Source: Chrysemys picta bellii (Eukaryota). Taken from it: a stretch of DNA of 64,000 nucleotides. The notes under the pieces were generated by a model, which saw only the letters and a list, made by a program, of their open reading frames with translations, was not told the origin of the DNA and did no database searches. Positions 11,660 to 23,200 of this stretch are shown in pieces (positions within the stretch are counted from its first letter, which is position 1; each line of letters starts with the position of its first letter). The DNA is taken from NCBI RefSeq assembly GCF_011386835.1, contig NC_088791.1:356252001-356316000 (forward strand). The letters run 5' to 3'. The position numbers and the translations under genes were made by a program.

Positions 11660-12005
11660 ACTGGTGTTAGCGGTGGGATCTACTGCACCCCGTGGATGGT
11701 GCTTCCTGCAGTAAGTGACTGGGGAGCAGTAAAACGAAGGGGGATCGACGGGGACCAGCTGGGCAGAAGAATCAGAGAGAGACAGTTTCAGGGGGCGATT
11801 AACCCCTGGGAGTGTGTGACCAGTGAGAAGGACTTTTGCAGGAACAGGGTCCCCTGGGGGATCACAGCGAGCGGGCCCGGGGTGGAGGAGTCTGCAGCTC
11901 GACTCTGGCAGAGAGGTGGGGACCTGAAGAAGGGCTGGCACACTAGGGATCCCCCTGGAACATTGGAAAGTGGAGAGCACAGGCCGGCGAGTGGCCAGCA
12001 GGAGG

Positions 12006-13798
12006 ATGGATGCTAAACGCCGCAAGAGCGACCTGGTGGAGCTGTGCAGACAGAGGGGGCTGCGCATTGGGAGGTCCACCAAAGAACAGCTCATTGCCCA
12101 GCTGGAGGAGAGGGATCGCTTAGATGAACCGAGCCCTGTCCCAGAGAGAAGCCGCCCGGCGGATGCAGCATGGGCCCTGGGCCTGACATGGCTGGGAGGG
12201 GTCAGACTGCTGCCAAGGACATCCCAAGACCCTGCCTACCTATACCTAAGGGAGGGGTTGGGGGAATCCCAGCAAATACCGAGGGCACCCTGACCCCGGC
12301 AGCCAGCAGGGGATTGTCCCGGCAGAGCTCCCCGTCCCTGGAACGGATGCGGCTGGAATGTGAATGGGAGATGAGACAGGAAGAGCTCGAGTTAAGGCAG
12401 CAAGAACTGAAGCAGGAGCAGGAAGAGAAGGAAAAACAACGTCAGCATGAGCGGGAAGAATAGGAAAAACAACGTCAGCATGAGGCGAACCAGCGTCAGC
12501 ATAAGCTGGAACTGGCCAGGCTGAGGAGCAGTGAGGCCCCAGCTGCGGTGAGCAAGGGGGGACCCAAGACTGCAAAGAGCTTTGATAAGTGCTTCCTGGC
12601 CCAGCGTAAGGAGGGGGAGGACATGGATACCTTCCTGAAGGCCTTTGAGGATACCTGCGAGCTGCCCCAGGTTGACCCTGCAGAGAGGCTCCAGTTTCTC
12701 ATGCCCTCACTGGACCCCACGGCCAGGGAGGTGTACAGCCGACTGAAAGGGCCGGAGACAGGGGACTACGAACTGTTCAAAAAGGCCCTGCTCCGCGAGT
12801 TTGGGCTGACCCCTGAGATGTACCGGAAAATGTTCCAGAGTCAGCATAAAACCCATGAGGTCACATACCTACAACTAGCCAACCGGGCGCAGGGGTATGC
12901 CCGCAAGTGGACGGCTGGGGCCCAGACTAAAGAAGACCTGCTTGACCTAGTCGTACTGGAGCATGTGTATGAGCAGTGCCCATCTGACCTGAGGCGATGG
13001 TTGATGGACCAAAAGCCAGGGAACCCGCAGCATGCAGGCCAGTTGGCCGACCAGTTTGTGAACAGTCGGGCAGAGGATAACCGGGAGGAGTCCCAAAGGA
13101 ACAGGCCCACCACAACGCAGAGAGAGATTCATCATGGGACCTCCCAGCGAGGAAATATGGAGAACCCCCACCAAAGGGGAACATCCAGCGTCAGGTCCAT
13201 CCGACCCGCTCGAGGGGACCCACGGGACATGGGCTGCTATCACTGTGGCCAGAAAGACCACATACGGGCCCAGTGCCCCAGGCTCAGGGACAGACTGAGC
13301 AGACCGAACCCACAGACGGTTGACTGGGTAGAGGCCCAGCCGGGCGAGAGGCAGCATTCCCAGGGAAGGGGGGCTGGCAGAGCACCACCTGCTAAGGAGG
13401 GAGCAGAGCTCCAGGACAGCTCCTCTGGGGGGCTGGATGCTCCAGACTCAGGGTTTTTGGTTTATACAGTGGGCGTGGGGTTGTCCCTCTGCAGAGAGTG
13501 CCTTGTTCCCCTGGAGGTGGATGGGAGAAAGGTCAATGGATACTGGGATTCGGGCGCAGAGGTAACGTTGGCCCGGCCCGAGCTGGTGGCTCCAGATCGG
13601 GTGGTGCCCAACACCTACCTGACCCTGACGGGGGTGGGTGGGACCCCATTCAAGGTGCCTGTGGCGAGGGTACACCTGAAGTGGGGGCCCAAGGAGGGCC
13701 CCAAGGATGTGGGGATGCACCACCATTCACCCACTGAGGTGTTGATGGGGGGGACCTGGAGGACTGGCCAAGCGACCCTCCGGGTGCCCTGGTCATGA
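12006..13798 (+). pseudogene. Outer Gypsy gag-protease, disrupted
   Basis: Coiled coil, SCAN-like Gag (FGLTPEMYRKMF...VVLEHVY), CCHC knuckle CYHCGQKDHIRAQC and protease WDSGAEVT. Frameshift near 12170-12290 and a stop at 12461. Confidence 0.85.
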
Positions 13799-14108
13799 CC
13801 CTAGTCACAGCCATCGAGGGGCACTGCACCCTGACCTTGGGGAGGGTACTTTTCCCGAGGCGCAGGACCCTAACCGGGTGGGGAGGGACCACCCAGGGAC
13901 ACAGCTCAGGGGGGCTACGGCCTCAGACCCAGCCGGCGAGAAAGAGCAGGTGCCCATCCCTGTCCCAGCTGCTGAGTTACAGGCCGAGTTGCATAAAGAT
14001 CCCTCCTTGCAGAAGATAAGGGACCTGGCGGACCTCAGGGTGGTACAGACCATGGGGAGAGGCTGCCAGGAGAGGTTCCTGTACTGAGAATGGGCTCCCC
14101 CAGGGGAC

Positions 14109-14877
14109 GTGGAGTCATGGGGGATCAGGAGGCAGCTGGTGGTTCTCCAAAAGTTTCGTCACAAGCTATTGTACCTGGCCCATGACATCCCTCTCGCAGG
14201 GCAGCAGGGAATCCGGCGCACCAGGCAGAGGCTGCTACAGAACTTTTACTGGCCTGGGGTCTTTACCAATGTCCGACAGTACTGCCGATCCTGTGACCCC
14301 TGTCAGAGGGTAGGAAAGGCCCGGGACAAGGGGAAAGCAGAGTTGAGGCCTTTACCCATCATAGAGGAGCCTTTCCAGAAGGTGGCTATGGACATAGTGG
14401 GACCTCTCAGCAAGACGACCCGGTCAGGGAAGAAATACATTTTGGTGGTAGTAGATTTCACCACCCGCTACCCCGAGGCATTACCCTTATCGTCCATTGA
14501 AGCGGACACTGTGGCAGACACGTTGCTGACCATTTTCAGCCGAGTGGAGTTTCCCAAGGAAGTCTTAACGGACCAAGGGTCCAACTTCACGTTGGCCCTA
14601 CTCTGGTGCTTGTGGGAGAAATGCGGGGTCCGGCACACCTGGGCCTCAGCGTATCACCCCAATCCAATGGGCTAGTGGAGAGGTTCAATGGGACACTAAA
14701 GATGATGCTAAAAACATTTATGAACCAGGACCCGCAGGACTGGGAGAAGTACTTACCTCACCTGCTGTTCGCGTACAGGGAGGTACCCCAGGAGTCTACC
14801 AGGTTTTCGCCTTTCGAACTGTTATATGGAAGGCGGGTAAGGGGGCCCCTGGACCTGATGAGAGATGAATGGGAGGG
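14109..14877 (+). pseudogene. Outer Gypsy integrase, N-terminal part (interrupted by the inner element)
   Basis: HHCC zinc finger (AHD..G.QG...CRSCDPC), VAMDIVGPL, LTDQGSNF and GLVERFNGTLK. It directly follows the protease with no RT between them. Confidence 0.9.
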
Positions 14878-15770
14878 TGTCATAACTATAAAGGGAAGGG
14901 TAACAGCTGTCCTGTGTACAGTACTATAAAATCCCTCCTGGCCAGAGACTCCAAAACCCTTTTCCCTGTAAAGGGATAAGAAGCTCAGGTAACCTGGCTG
15001 GCATCTGACCTAAAGGACCAATAAGGGGACAAGATACTTTCAAATCTTGGGGGCGGGGAAGGCTTTTGTTTGTCTTTTTGTTTGGGAGTGCGTTCGCTCT
15101 CGGGACTGAGAGGGACCAGACATCAATCCAGGTTCTCCACATCTTTCTAAACAAGTCTCTCCTATTTCAAACTTGTAAGTAAATAGCCAGGCAAGGCGTG
15201 TTAGTTTTCCTTTGTTTTCTCAACTTGTAAATGTACCTTTTACTAGAATGTTTATCTTTGTTTGCTGTACTTTGAACCTAAGACTAGAGAGGGGTCCTCT
15301 GAGCTCTTTAAGTTTGATTACCCTGTAAGGTTAATTTCCATCCTGATTTTACAGAGATGATTTTTACCTTTTTCTTTAATTAAAAGCCTTCTTTTTAAGA
15401 ACCTGATTGATTTTTCCTTGTTTTAGATCCAAGGGGGTTGGATCTGTATTCACCAGGAGTTGGTGGGAGGAAGGAGGGGGAATGGTTAATTTCTCCTTGT
15501 TTTAGATCCCAGGGGGGTTGGGACTGTATTCACCAGGAGTTGGTGGGAGGAAGGAGGGGGAATGGTTAATTTCTCCTTGTTTTAAGATCCAAGGGGTTTG
15601 GATCTGTATTCACCAGGGAATTGGTGAAGGTTTCTCAAGGCTTCCCAGGGATGGGAATTCTTGGGATGGTGGCAGCGGACCAGGGCTAAGCTGGTAGTTA
15701 AGCTTAGAAGTTTTCATGCAGGCCCCTACATTTGTACCCTAAAGTTCAAAGTGGCGATACAGCCTAGACA
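14878..15770 (+). repeat. 5' LTR of inner element
   Basis: TGTCATAAC...AGACA; about 95% similar by eye to 20794-21690; internal ~80-bp tandem repeat. Confidence 0.95.
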
Positions 15771-16109
15771 TGGTGGCAGAGTGGTGGGATTAATTTTAAA
15801 CCCAAAAGCCAGTGAGATTTTTTTTCCTTCTAGCTGCTTGAAAAGCAGAGCTAAAGGTAGATGCATATCTTATCTCTCCTTGCCTGAAGGCAGAGGTGTT
15901 AAGTTTTTTTAACAAGATCCTTTGTTAAGAGAAGGGTTCAATTAGCAAACGACTGGTAAAAGGAATTTACAAGCTGATTTTTTTTTCTTTTTACATCCTC
16001 GGGAGTAGCTAGTTAGAAAGTCTCTGTTAACTCAGCAGCAGCCAGACCTAAGTACATCCCAGTTTCAGTCAACTGCAGAGGGGGTGACCCAGCACAAGAA
16101 AACAGGAAA

Positions 16110-19100
16110 ATGACTACAAAAGAAGAAAAAGCCAAAGAGGAGGCCCACAAGAGAGCTATGGAGCTGAAAGAAAAAGAGATAGAGCTGAGAGAAAGAGAAG
16201 AGAAAGCCAAAGAGGAGGCCCAAAAGAGAGAGATGGAGCTGAAAGAAAAAGAGATGGAGGAGAGAGAAAAAGAAAGGAAGCATGAACTCGAAGTAGCAAA
16301 GGCTAAGCCGGATACAACAGCCAATCCTAACAACCCCCCTCCAGGTACCACCTCCCATCCCAGAAAATTCCCCACCTACAAGGCAGGCGATGATACTGAG
16401 GCCTTCTTTGAAAATTTTGAAAGGGCCTGCCTTGGATACAGCATCGCTGCAGACCAGTACATTGTAGAGCTGAGGCCGCAGCTCAGTGGACCCTTAGCAG
16501 AGGTGGCGGCTGAAATGCCTAAGGAACACATGAACAGTTATGAACTTTTTAAAAACAAGGTCAGAATCAGAATGGGGCTAACACCTGAGTATGCCCGTCG
16601 GCAGTTCAGAGCCCTAAAGTGGAAACCCGATGTGACATTTACCCGACATGCCTACCACGTTGGGAAAAATTGGGATGCCTGGATATCAGGAGCAAATGTT
16701 AAATCTACAGAAGAGTTGCCCTTCCTAATGCAAATGGAGCAGTTTTTAGAGGGTGTGCCTGAGGAAATAGAAAGGTACATCCTAGATAGGAAGCCCAAAA
16801 CTGTAACTGAGGCGGGGGAGATTGGAGCCAAATGGGTGGAGGTGGCAGAAAAGAAAAAAACTAGTAGCAGTTGGAGTGAATATCAGAAGGGGCAAGCCGA
16901 AACAAAACCTTACCACCGGGGACAACCCAAGGCCCCACCCACATCCCAAGGGAAACCCCAGACGCCTTCTCACCCCACCACACCAGTCTCCACCAACCAA
17001 CATCGCTCCGGTGATACCTTAGCAGGGCGATGTTTTAAATGTAATGAGCTGGGACACATAAAGGCTCACTGCCCCAAGAACACCAACCGATTACAGTTCA
17101 TTACACCACAATCACACCAAACATCCCCAGACCCAGATGCCTCTCTCATACCCTCGGAGAGAAGGGAAACCTTGAGAGTGGGTGGAAAGAAGGTTACCGC
17201 TTGGAGGGACACTGGGGCACAAGTGTCAACTATACACCAATCCCTAGTGGACCCCAAACTCATCAACCTGGAGGCTCCAGTGACAATTCAACCCTTCATG
17301 TCACAGTCTGTAACCTTGCCTACAGCCACATTGCATGTCCAGTACAAGGGGTGGTCAGGAATGTGGACTTTTGCAGTCTATGACAATTATCCCATTCCCA
17401 TGCTGCTGGGGGAAGATTTGGCCAACCATGTGAAGCTAGTCAAGAGGGTGGGAATAGTCACCCGCAGCCAGGCTAAGCAAGCTTTCACCCCCATCCCTGT
17501 TCCTGAGCCGTCCACCAGGGCCCCGTCTGTGTTACCAGAGACCCAAACAACGGTGGTGGAACCGGATCCCATGCCAACGACTGCAACAGCCGTAGTGGAT
17601 CCAATCCCAGAGACCCAGCCAAAGCCAGTCCCAGAACCGGAACTGGCAACGCAACCAGCACCAGAACCACTGCCAACACTGAGTCCAGCGCTTGCAAACC
17701 CGTCTACAACTTCAACGCCAGAGGGCACCAGTGAGCCTGACCTGGCGGAAGTAGCAGATAACCCTACCCAAGAGGTTCAGCCAGAGCCTGAGATACCACA
17801 TAGTGCACCAGCGGACAGCGGATCACAGTCAATGGAAACAGCCCCCGCACCTGCATCGCTTCCAGAGGGACCAAGCCCCAGTCCACAGTCCAAGGAGGAA
17901 CTGATGTCTCCAGCATCAAGGGAACAGTTCCAGGCCGAGCAGGAAGCAGATGACAGCCTTCAGAAAGCTTGGGAGGCGGCGTGGAGCACCCCACCGCCTC
18001 TCAGCTCTTCTAACCGATCCCCATTTGTTGTAGAACAAGGACTTTTATACAAGGAGACTCTTTCTGGTGGGCACCAGGAAGACTGGCATCCTTAAAGACA
18101 GTTGGTAGTTCCCACTAAGTATCGGGTAAAGCTCTTGAGCTTAGCCCATGATCATCCCAGTGGCCATTCTGGGGTGAACAGAACCAAAGACAGGTTGGGG
18201 AAGTCCTTCCAATGGGAGGGAATGGGCAAGGACGTTGCTAATTATGTCCGGTCTTGTGAGGTGTGCCAACGAGTGGGAAAGCCCCAAGACCAGGTTAAAG
18301 CCCCTCTCCAGCCACTACCCATAATTGAGGTCCCATTTCAGCGCGTAGCTGTGGATATTCTGGGTCCTTTCCCAAAGAAGACACCCAGAGGAAAGCAGTA
18401 CGTACTGACTTTCATGGATTTTGCTACCTGATGGCCGGAAGCAGTACCCTTAAGCAACACCAGGGCTAAAAGTGTGTGCCAAGCATTAACAGACATTTTT
18501 GCCAGGGTAGGTTGGCCCTCTGACATCCTTACAGATTCAGTAACTAATTTCCTGGCAGTGACCATGAAAAACCTGTGGGAAGCTCATGGGGTGAATCACT
18601 TGGTTGCCATCCCTTACCACCATGAAACCAATGGCCTGGTGGAGAGGTTTAATGCAACTTTGGGGGCCATGATACGTAAATTTTTAAATGAACACTCCAA
18701 TGATTGGGATTTAGTGTTGCAGCAGTTGCTTTTTGCCTACAGGGCTGTACCACATCCCAGGTTAGGGTTTTCACCTTTGAACTTGTGTATGGCCGCGAGG
18801 TTAAGGGGCCATTACAGTTGGTGAAGCAGCAATGGGAGGGGTTTACGCCTTCTCCAGGAACTAACATTCTAAACTTTGTAAGCAACCTACAAAGCACCCT
18901 CCGACACTCTTTAGCCCTTGCTAAAGAAAACCTAAAGGATGCTCAGGAAGAGCAAAAGGCCTGGTATGATAAACATTCCAGAGAACGGTCCTTCAAAGTA
19001 GGAGACCAAATCATGGTCTTAAAGGCGCTCCAGGCCCATAAAATGGAAGTGTCGTGGGAAGGACCATTCACGGTCCAGGAGCTCCTAGGAGCTGTTAACT

Positions 19101-20632
19101 ATCTCATAGCCTTCCCCACCTCCAACATAAAGCCTAAGGTATACCATGTTAATTCTCTTAAGCCCTTTTATTCCAGAGAATTAAAGGTTTGCCAGTTTAC
19201 AGCCCAGGAAACAGATGATGCGGAGTGGCCTGAAGGTGTCTACTACGAATGAAAAAAGGATGGTGGCATAGAAGAGGTGAACCTCTCCACAACCCTTGGA
19301 CGTCTGCAGGGACAGCAGATCAAGGAGCTGTGCACAAGCTTTGCACCAATTTTCTCAGCCACTCCAGGATGGACCGAATGGGCATACCACTCCATTGACA
19401 CAGGTAATGCTCACCCAATTAGAACCCCACCCTACCGGCAGTCACCTCATGCCAAAAGTGCTATACAAAGGGAGATCCAGGACATGCTACAGATGGGTAT
19501 AATCCGCCCCTCTAATAGTGCATGGGCATCTCCAGTGGTTCTAGTTCCCAAACCAGATGGGGAAATACGCTTTTGCGTGGACTACCGTAAGCTAAATGCT
19601 GTAACTCGTCCTGACAACTATCCAATGCCACGCACAGATGAGCTATTGGAGAAATTGGGACATGCCCAATTCATCTCTGCCTTAGACTTAACCAAGGGTA
19701 CTGGCAAGTACCACTAGATGAACCCACTAAGGAAAGGCAGGGTGTATGAATTCAATGTACTCCCTTCCAAAGACTTGTAGATGGACTCCAAGTGGGATTG
19801 GAAGAATCTGCAGTTGCCTACCTCGATGATGTGGCCATTTTTTCTGATTCATGGGCAGAGCACCTGGAGCACCTGGAAAAAGTTTTCGAGCGCATCCAGC
19901 AGGCAGGGCTAACTGTTAAGGCTAAAAAGTGTCAAATAGGCCAAAACAGAGTTACACCAGGTGGGTCGAGGAACTGTAAATCCCCTACAGGCCAAAGTGG
20001 ATGCTATCCAAAAGTGGCCGGTTCCAAAGTCTAAGAAACAGGTCCAATCCTTCTTAGACTTGGCTGGATATTATAGGTGATTTGTACCCCACTACAGCCA
20101 AATTGCCGCCCTGCTGACAGACCTAACCAGAAAGAAACAGCCAAATGCAGTTCAGTGGACTGATGAGTGTCAAAAGGCCTTTAACCAGCTTAAGGCAACA
20201 CTCATGTCTGACCCTGTGCTAAGGGCCCCAGATTTCGACAAACCGTTCCTAGTAACCACAGATGCGTCCGAGCGAGGCGTGGGAGCAGTTTTAATGCAGG
20301 AAGGACCGGATCAAGAATTCCATCCTGTCGTGTTTCTCAGCAAGAAACTGTCTGAGAGGGAAAGCCACTGGTCAATCAGCGAAAAGGAATGCTACGCCAT
20401 TGTGTACGCGCTGGAAAAGCTACGCCAATATGTTTGGGGAAGGCGTTTCCAGCTACAAACAGACCATGCTGCGCTACAGTGGCTTCATACCGCCAAGGGA
20501 AATAACAAAAAACTTATTCGGTGGAGTTTAGCTCTCCAAGATTTTGATTTTGAAATACAACACATTTCGGGAGCTTCTAACAAAGTGGATGATGCACTCT
20601 CCCGGGAAAGTTTCCCAGAGTTAACTGGTTAA
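16110..20632 (+). pseudogene. Inner element gag-pro-INT-RT-RNase H polyprotein, disrupted
   Basis: SCAN-like Gag, CFKCNELGHIKAHC, WRDTGA, integrase 18102-19252, RT 19277-20034 (CVDYRKLN, YLDD) and RNase H 20204-20632 (TDASERGVGAVL). Nonsense codons at 18093, 18429 and 19250; frameshifts near 18775 and 19700; small RT deletions. Confidence 0.95.
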
Positions 20633-20793
20633 CAATTGTTCTTGGAATGAAACATATTGTTAGTTTTGATATAATCAGTAGTATGTCTAAAGGTACATGT
20701 GTCTTATTAACTCTGTTTTCTCCTAGAATTCCAGGAAGAAATCACAGGCAGTGTGGAACCGAACGTCCAACACTATCTGTGATTTGGGGGGCG

Positions 20794-21690
20794 TGTCATA
20801 ACTATAAAGGGAAGGGTAACAGCCCTCCTGTGTACAGTACTATAAAATCTCTCCTGGCCAGAGACTCCAACATCCGTTTCCCTGTAAAGGGTTAAGAAGC
20901 TCAGGTAACCTGGCTGGAATCTGACCTAAAGGACCAATAAGGGGACAAGATACTTTCAAATCTTGGGCGGGGCGGGGGTAGGCTTTTGTTTGTGTTTTTG
21001 TTTGGGAGTTCGTTCGCTCTCGGGACTGAGAGGGACCAGACATCAATCCAGGTTCTCCACATCTTTCTAAACAAGTCTCTCCTATTTCAAACTTGTAAGT
21101 AAATAGCCAGGCAAGGCGTGTTAGTTTTCCTTTGTTTTCTCAACTTGTAAATGTACCTTTGACTAGAGTGTTTATCTTTGTTTGCTGTACTTTGAACCTA
21201 AGACTAGAGAGGGGTCCTCTGAGCTCTTTAAGTCTGATTACCCTGTAAGGTTAATTTCCATCCTGATTTTACAGAGGTGATTTTTACCTTTTTCTTTAAT
21301 TAAAAGCCTTCTTTTTAAGAACCTGAATGATTTTTCCTTGTTTTAGATCCAAGGGGGTTGGATCTGTATTCACCAGGAGTTGGTGGGAGAAAGGAGGGGG
21401 GATGGTTAATTTCTCCTTGTTTTAGATCCCAGGGGGGTTGGAACTGTATTTACCAGGAGTTGGTGGGAGGAAGAAGGGTGGATGGTTAATTTCCCCTTGT
21501 ATTAAGATCCAAGGGGTTTGGATTTGTATTCACCAGGGAATTGGTGAAGGTTTCTCAAGGCTTCCCAGGGATGGGAATTCTTGGGGTGGTGGCAGCGGAC
21601 CAGAGCTAAGCTGGTAGTTACGCTTAGAAGTTTTCATGCAGGCCCCCACATTTGTACCCTAAAGTTTAAAGTGGGGATACAGCCTTGACA
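20794..21690 (+). repeat. 3' LTR of inner element
   Basis: TGTCATAAC...TGACA; paired with 14878-15770. Confidence 0.95.
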
Positions 21691-21695
21691 GAGGG

Positions 21696-21838
21696 GAAGG
21701 CCACTCCCGATGGAGAGTCGATGGTGGAGTATGTCCTGACCTTCCGGGAACGACTTGCCGAGCTCATGGGCCTGGCCAGAGAGAATCTGGTCCGAGCCCA
21801 GAGGAAGCAGAAGGTCTGGTATGACCACACGGCGCGGG
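21696..21838 (+). pseudogene. Outer Gypsy integrase continuation, then truncated
   Basis: KATPDGESMVEYVLTFRERLAELMGLARENLVRAQRKQKVWYDH resumes in frame after the TSD, then similarity stops. Confidence 0.88.
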
Positions 21839-22799
21839 GTTTCCACACAATTCCGTCTTGCTTGTTTACCAGGGACCACATGCTGCTTGGAACGCTGCAC
21901 GGTGCATAGAACCCAACGATGTACTGTGAGCAATCACATCAGTGCAACGTGTGCCTGTACAGCCCCATTTAGGGACTTTCGGTAGCAGCACACTAGAGAT
22001 AACGATTAATAATCTCCATTTAATACGTGGAGAGGCTGTGGTTTGTGAGGAAGTGGTTTTCCCAAGGTCACCCAGTGAATGCATTGCTGAGCTAGGACTC
22101 TTCACTCACTGGTCTCTGGTCTCTGGTGATGTTTTATCTCTAGTTAAATGTCTTGGATTCAATCCTCAGCTGCAGTAAGTTGTGCAGCCCATTGAAATCA
22201 GGGGAGATCCTTTCACTAGAGAAACCAATGGAGAGAGAGCACCAGCCTCTGTGCTGCTGCGTGGACCATATGAGCCAGGTCTGAGAGAGACTAAGCAAGA
22301 GATTGGTAGCTAGGGACTCCTGGGCTATGTTCCTGGCTCAAGACAATTCCCTTCCTGCTGCCTCAGTTTCCCCATCTGTAAAAGTGGGTTATCTCCTGGG
22401 AATAGCGAGAAATAGTCTGTGAAGCACCTATCAACAGTGAACCCTGTGTCCATGTGTTACCGTGCTTCAGTGGGACACAGCTGAGGATGCCAAATTCACG
22501 ACAAACTGCTGAGAAATAGGGCAGAGTCACCCCAGACTGGTGGTTGTTCTATCATTAGATTATACCAAGCCAACAACAAATGTAAATGTCTGTCTGACTT
22601 TTAGAGCGGATTATAAATTCAGCTGTCATTTGAAAAGCTGTCTGCGGGGGTGGAGGGGAAAGCATGATGTCCCTGACATCTGAAAGGAATGTGTGGCTGG
22701 AGTTTGGGGAGGTGTGACAGGGTGTATCAGTCCCGCACTGGTGCAGCATGAGTTGTCTCTTCTCTCCTGCCCGGGGAGGCCATGCCGCCTCAGCTCCAT

Positions 22800-23200
22800 A
22801 CCATGGATTTATAGAGAGGCAATATGATATTTTCTATCTTATTATCTGTCCCTTTCCTAATGATTCCCAACATTCCGTTTGCTTGTTTTGTCTGTCACTG
22901 CACACTGAGCAGATGTTTTCAGAGAACTTTCCACAATGACTCCAAAATCTCTTTCTTGAGTGGAAACAGTTAATTTAGACCCCATCATTTTGTATATGTA
23001 GTCGGAATTATATTCTGCCATGTGCATTACTTTCAATTTATCAGCATTCAATTTCATATGCAATTGTGTTGTCCAGTCACCCAGTTCTGTGCAATCCCTT
23101 TGTAACTCATTGCAGTCTCCTTTGTATTAATTATCTTGAATAGTTTTGTATCATCTGCAAGTTTTGCCACCATTAGTACTGTTTACCCCTTTTACTAAAT
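22800..23200 (-). mobile_element. Degraded CR1 RT fragment
   Basis: ORF 22857-23063 (KLNADKLKVMH...ERDFGVIVESSLKTSAQC). Confidence 0.8.

Larger units (their letters stand above)
14878..21690 (+). mobile_element. Full-length Gmr1-type Gypsy LTR retrotransposon (inner), 5-bp TSD GAGGG
   Basis: Paired LTRs at 14878-15770 and 20794-21690; GAGGG at 14873-14877 and 21691-21695; PBS tggtggcagagtggtgggat at 15771; G-rich PPT at 20786-20793. Confidence 0.96.

Noticed and set aside
15771-15790. tRNA gene
   Set aside because: These are primer-binding sites complementary to a tRNA 3' end (also 11662-11679), with no cloverleaf. The SINE head at 49243 is tRNA-derived but is not a tRNA gene.
16110-18095. 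661-aa ORF as a host SCAN-domain gene
   Set aside because: It lies between LTR/PBS and integrase and contains a CCHC knuckle and DTG protease, so it is retrotransposon Gag-Pro ended by a premature stop.
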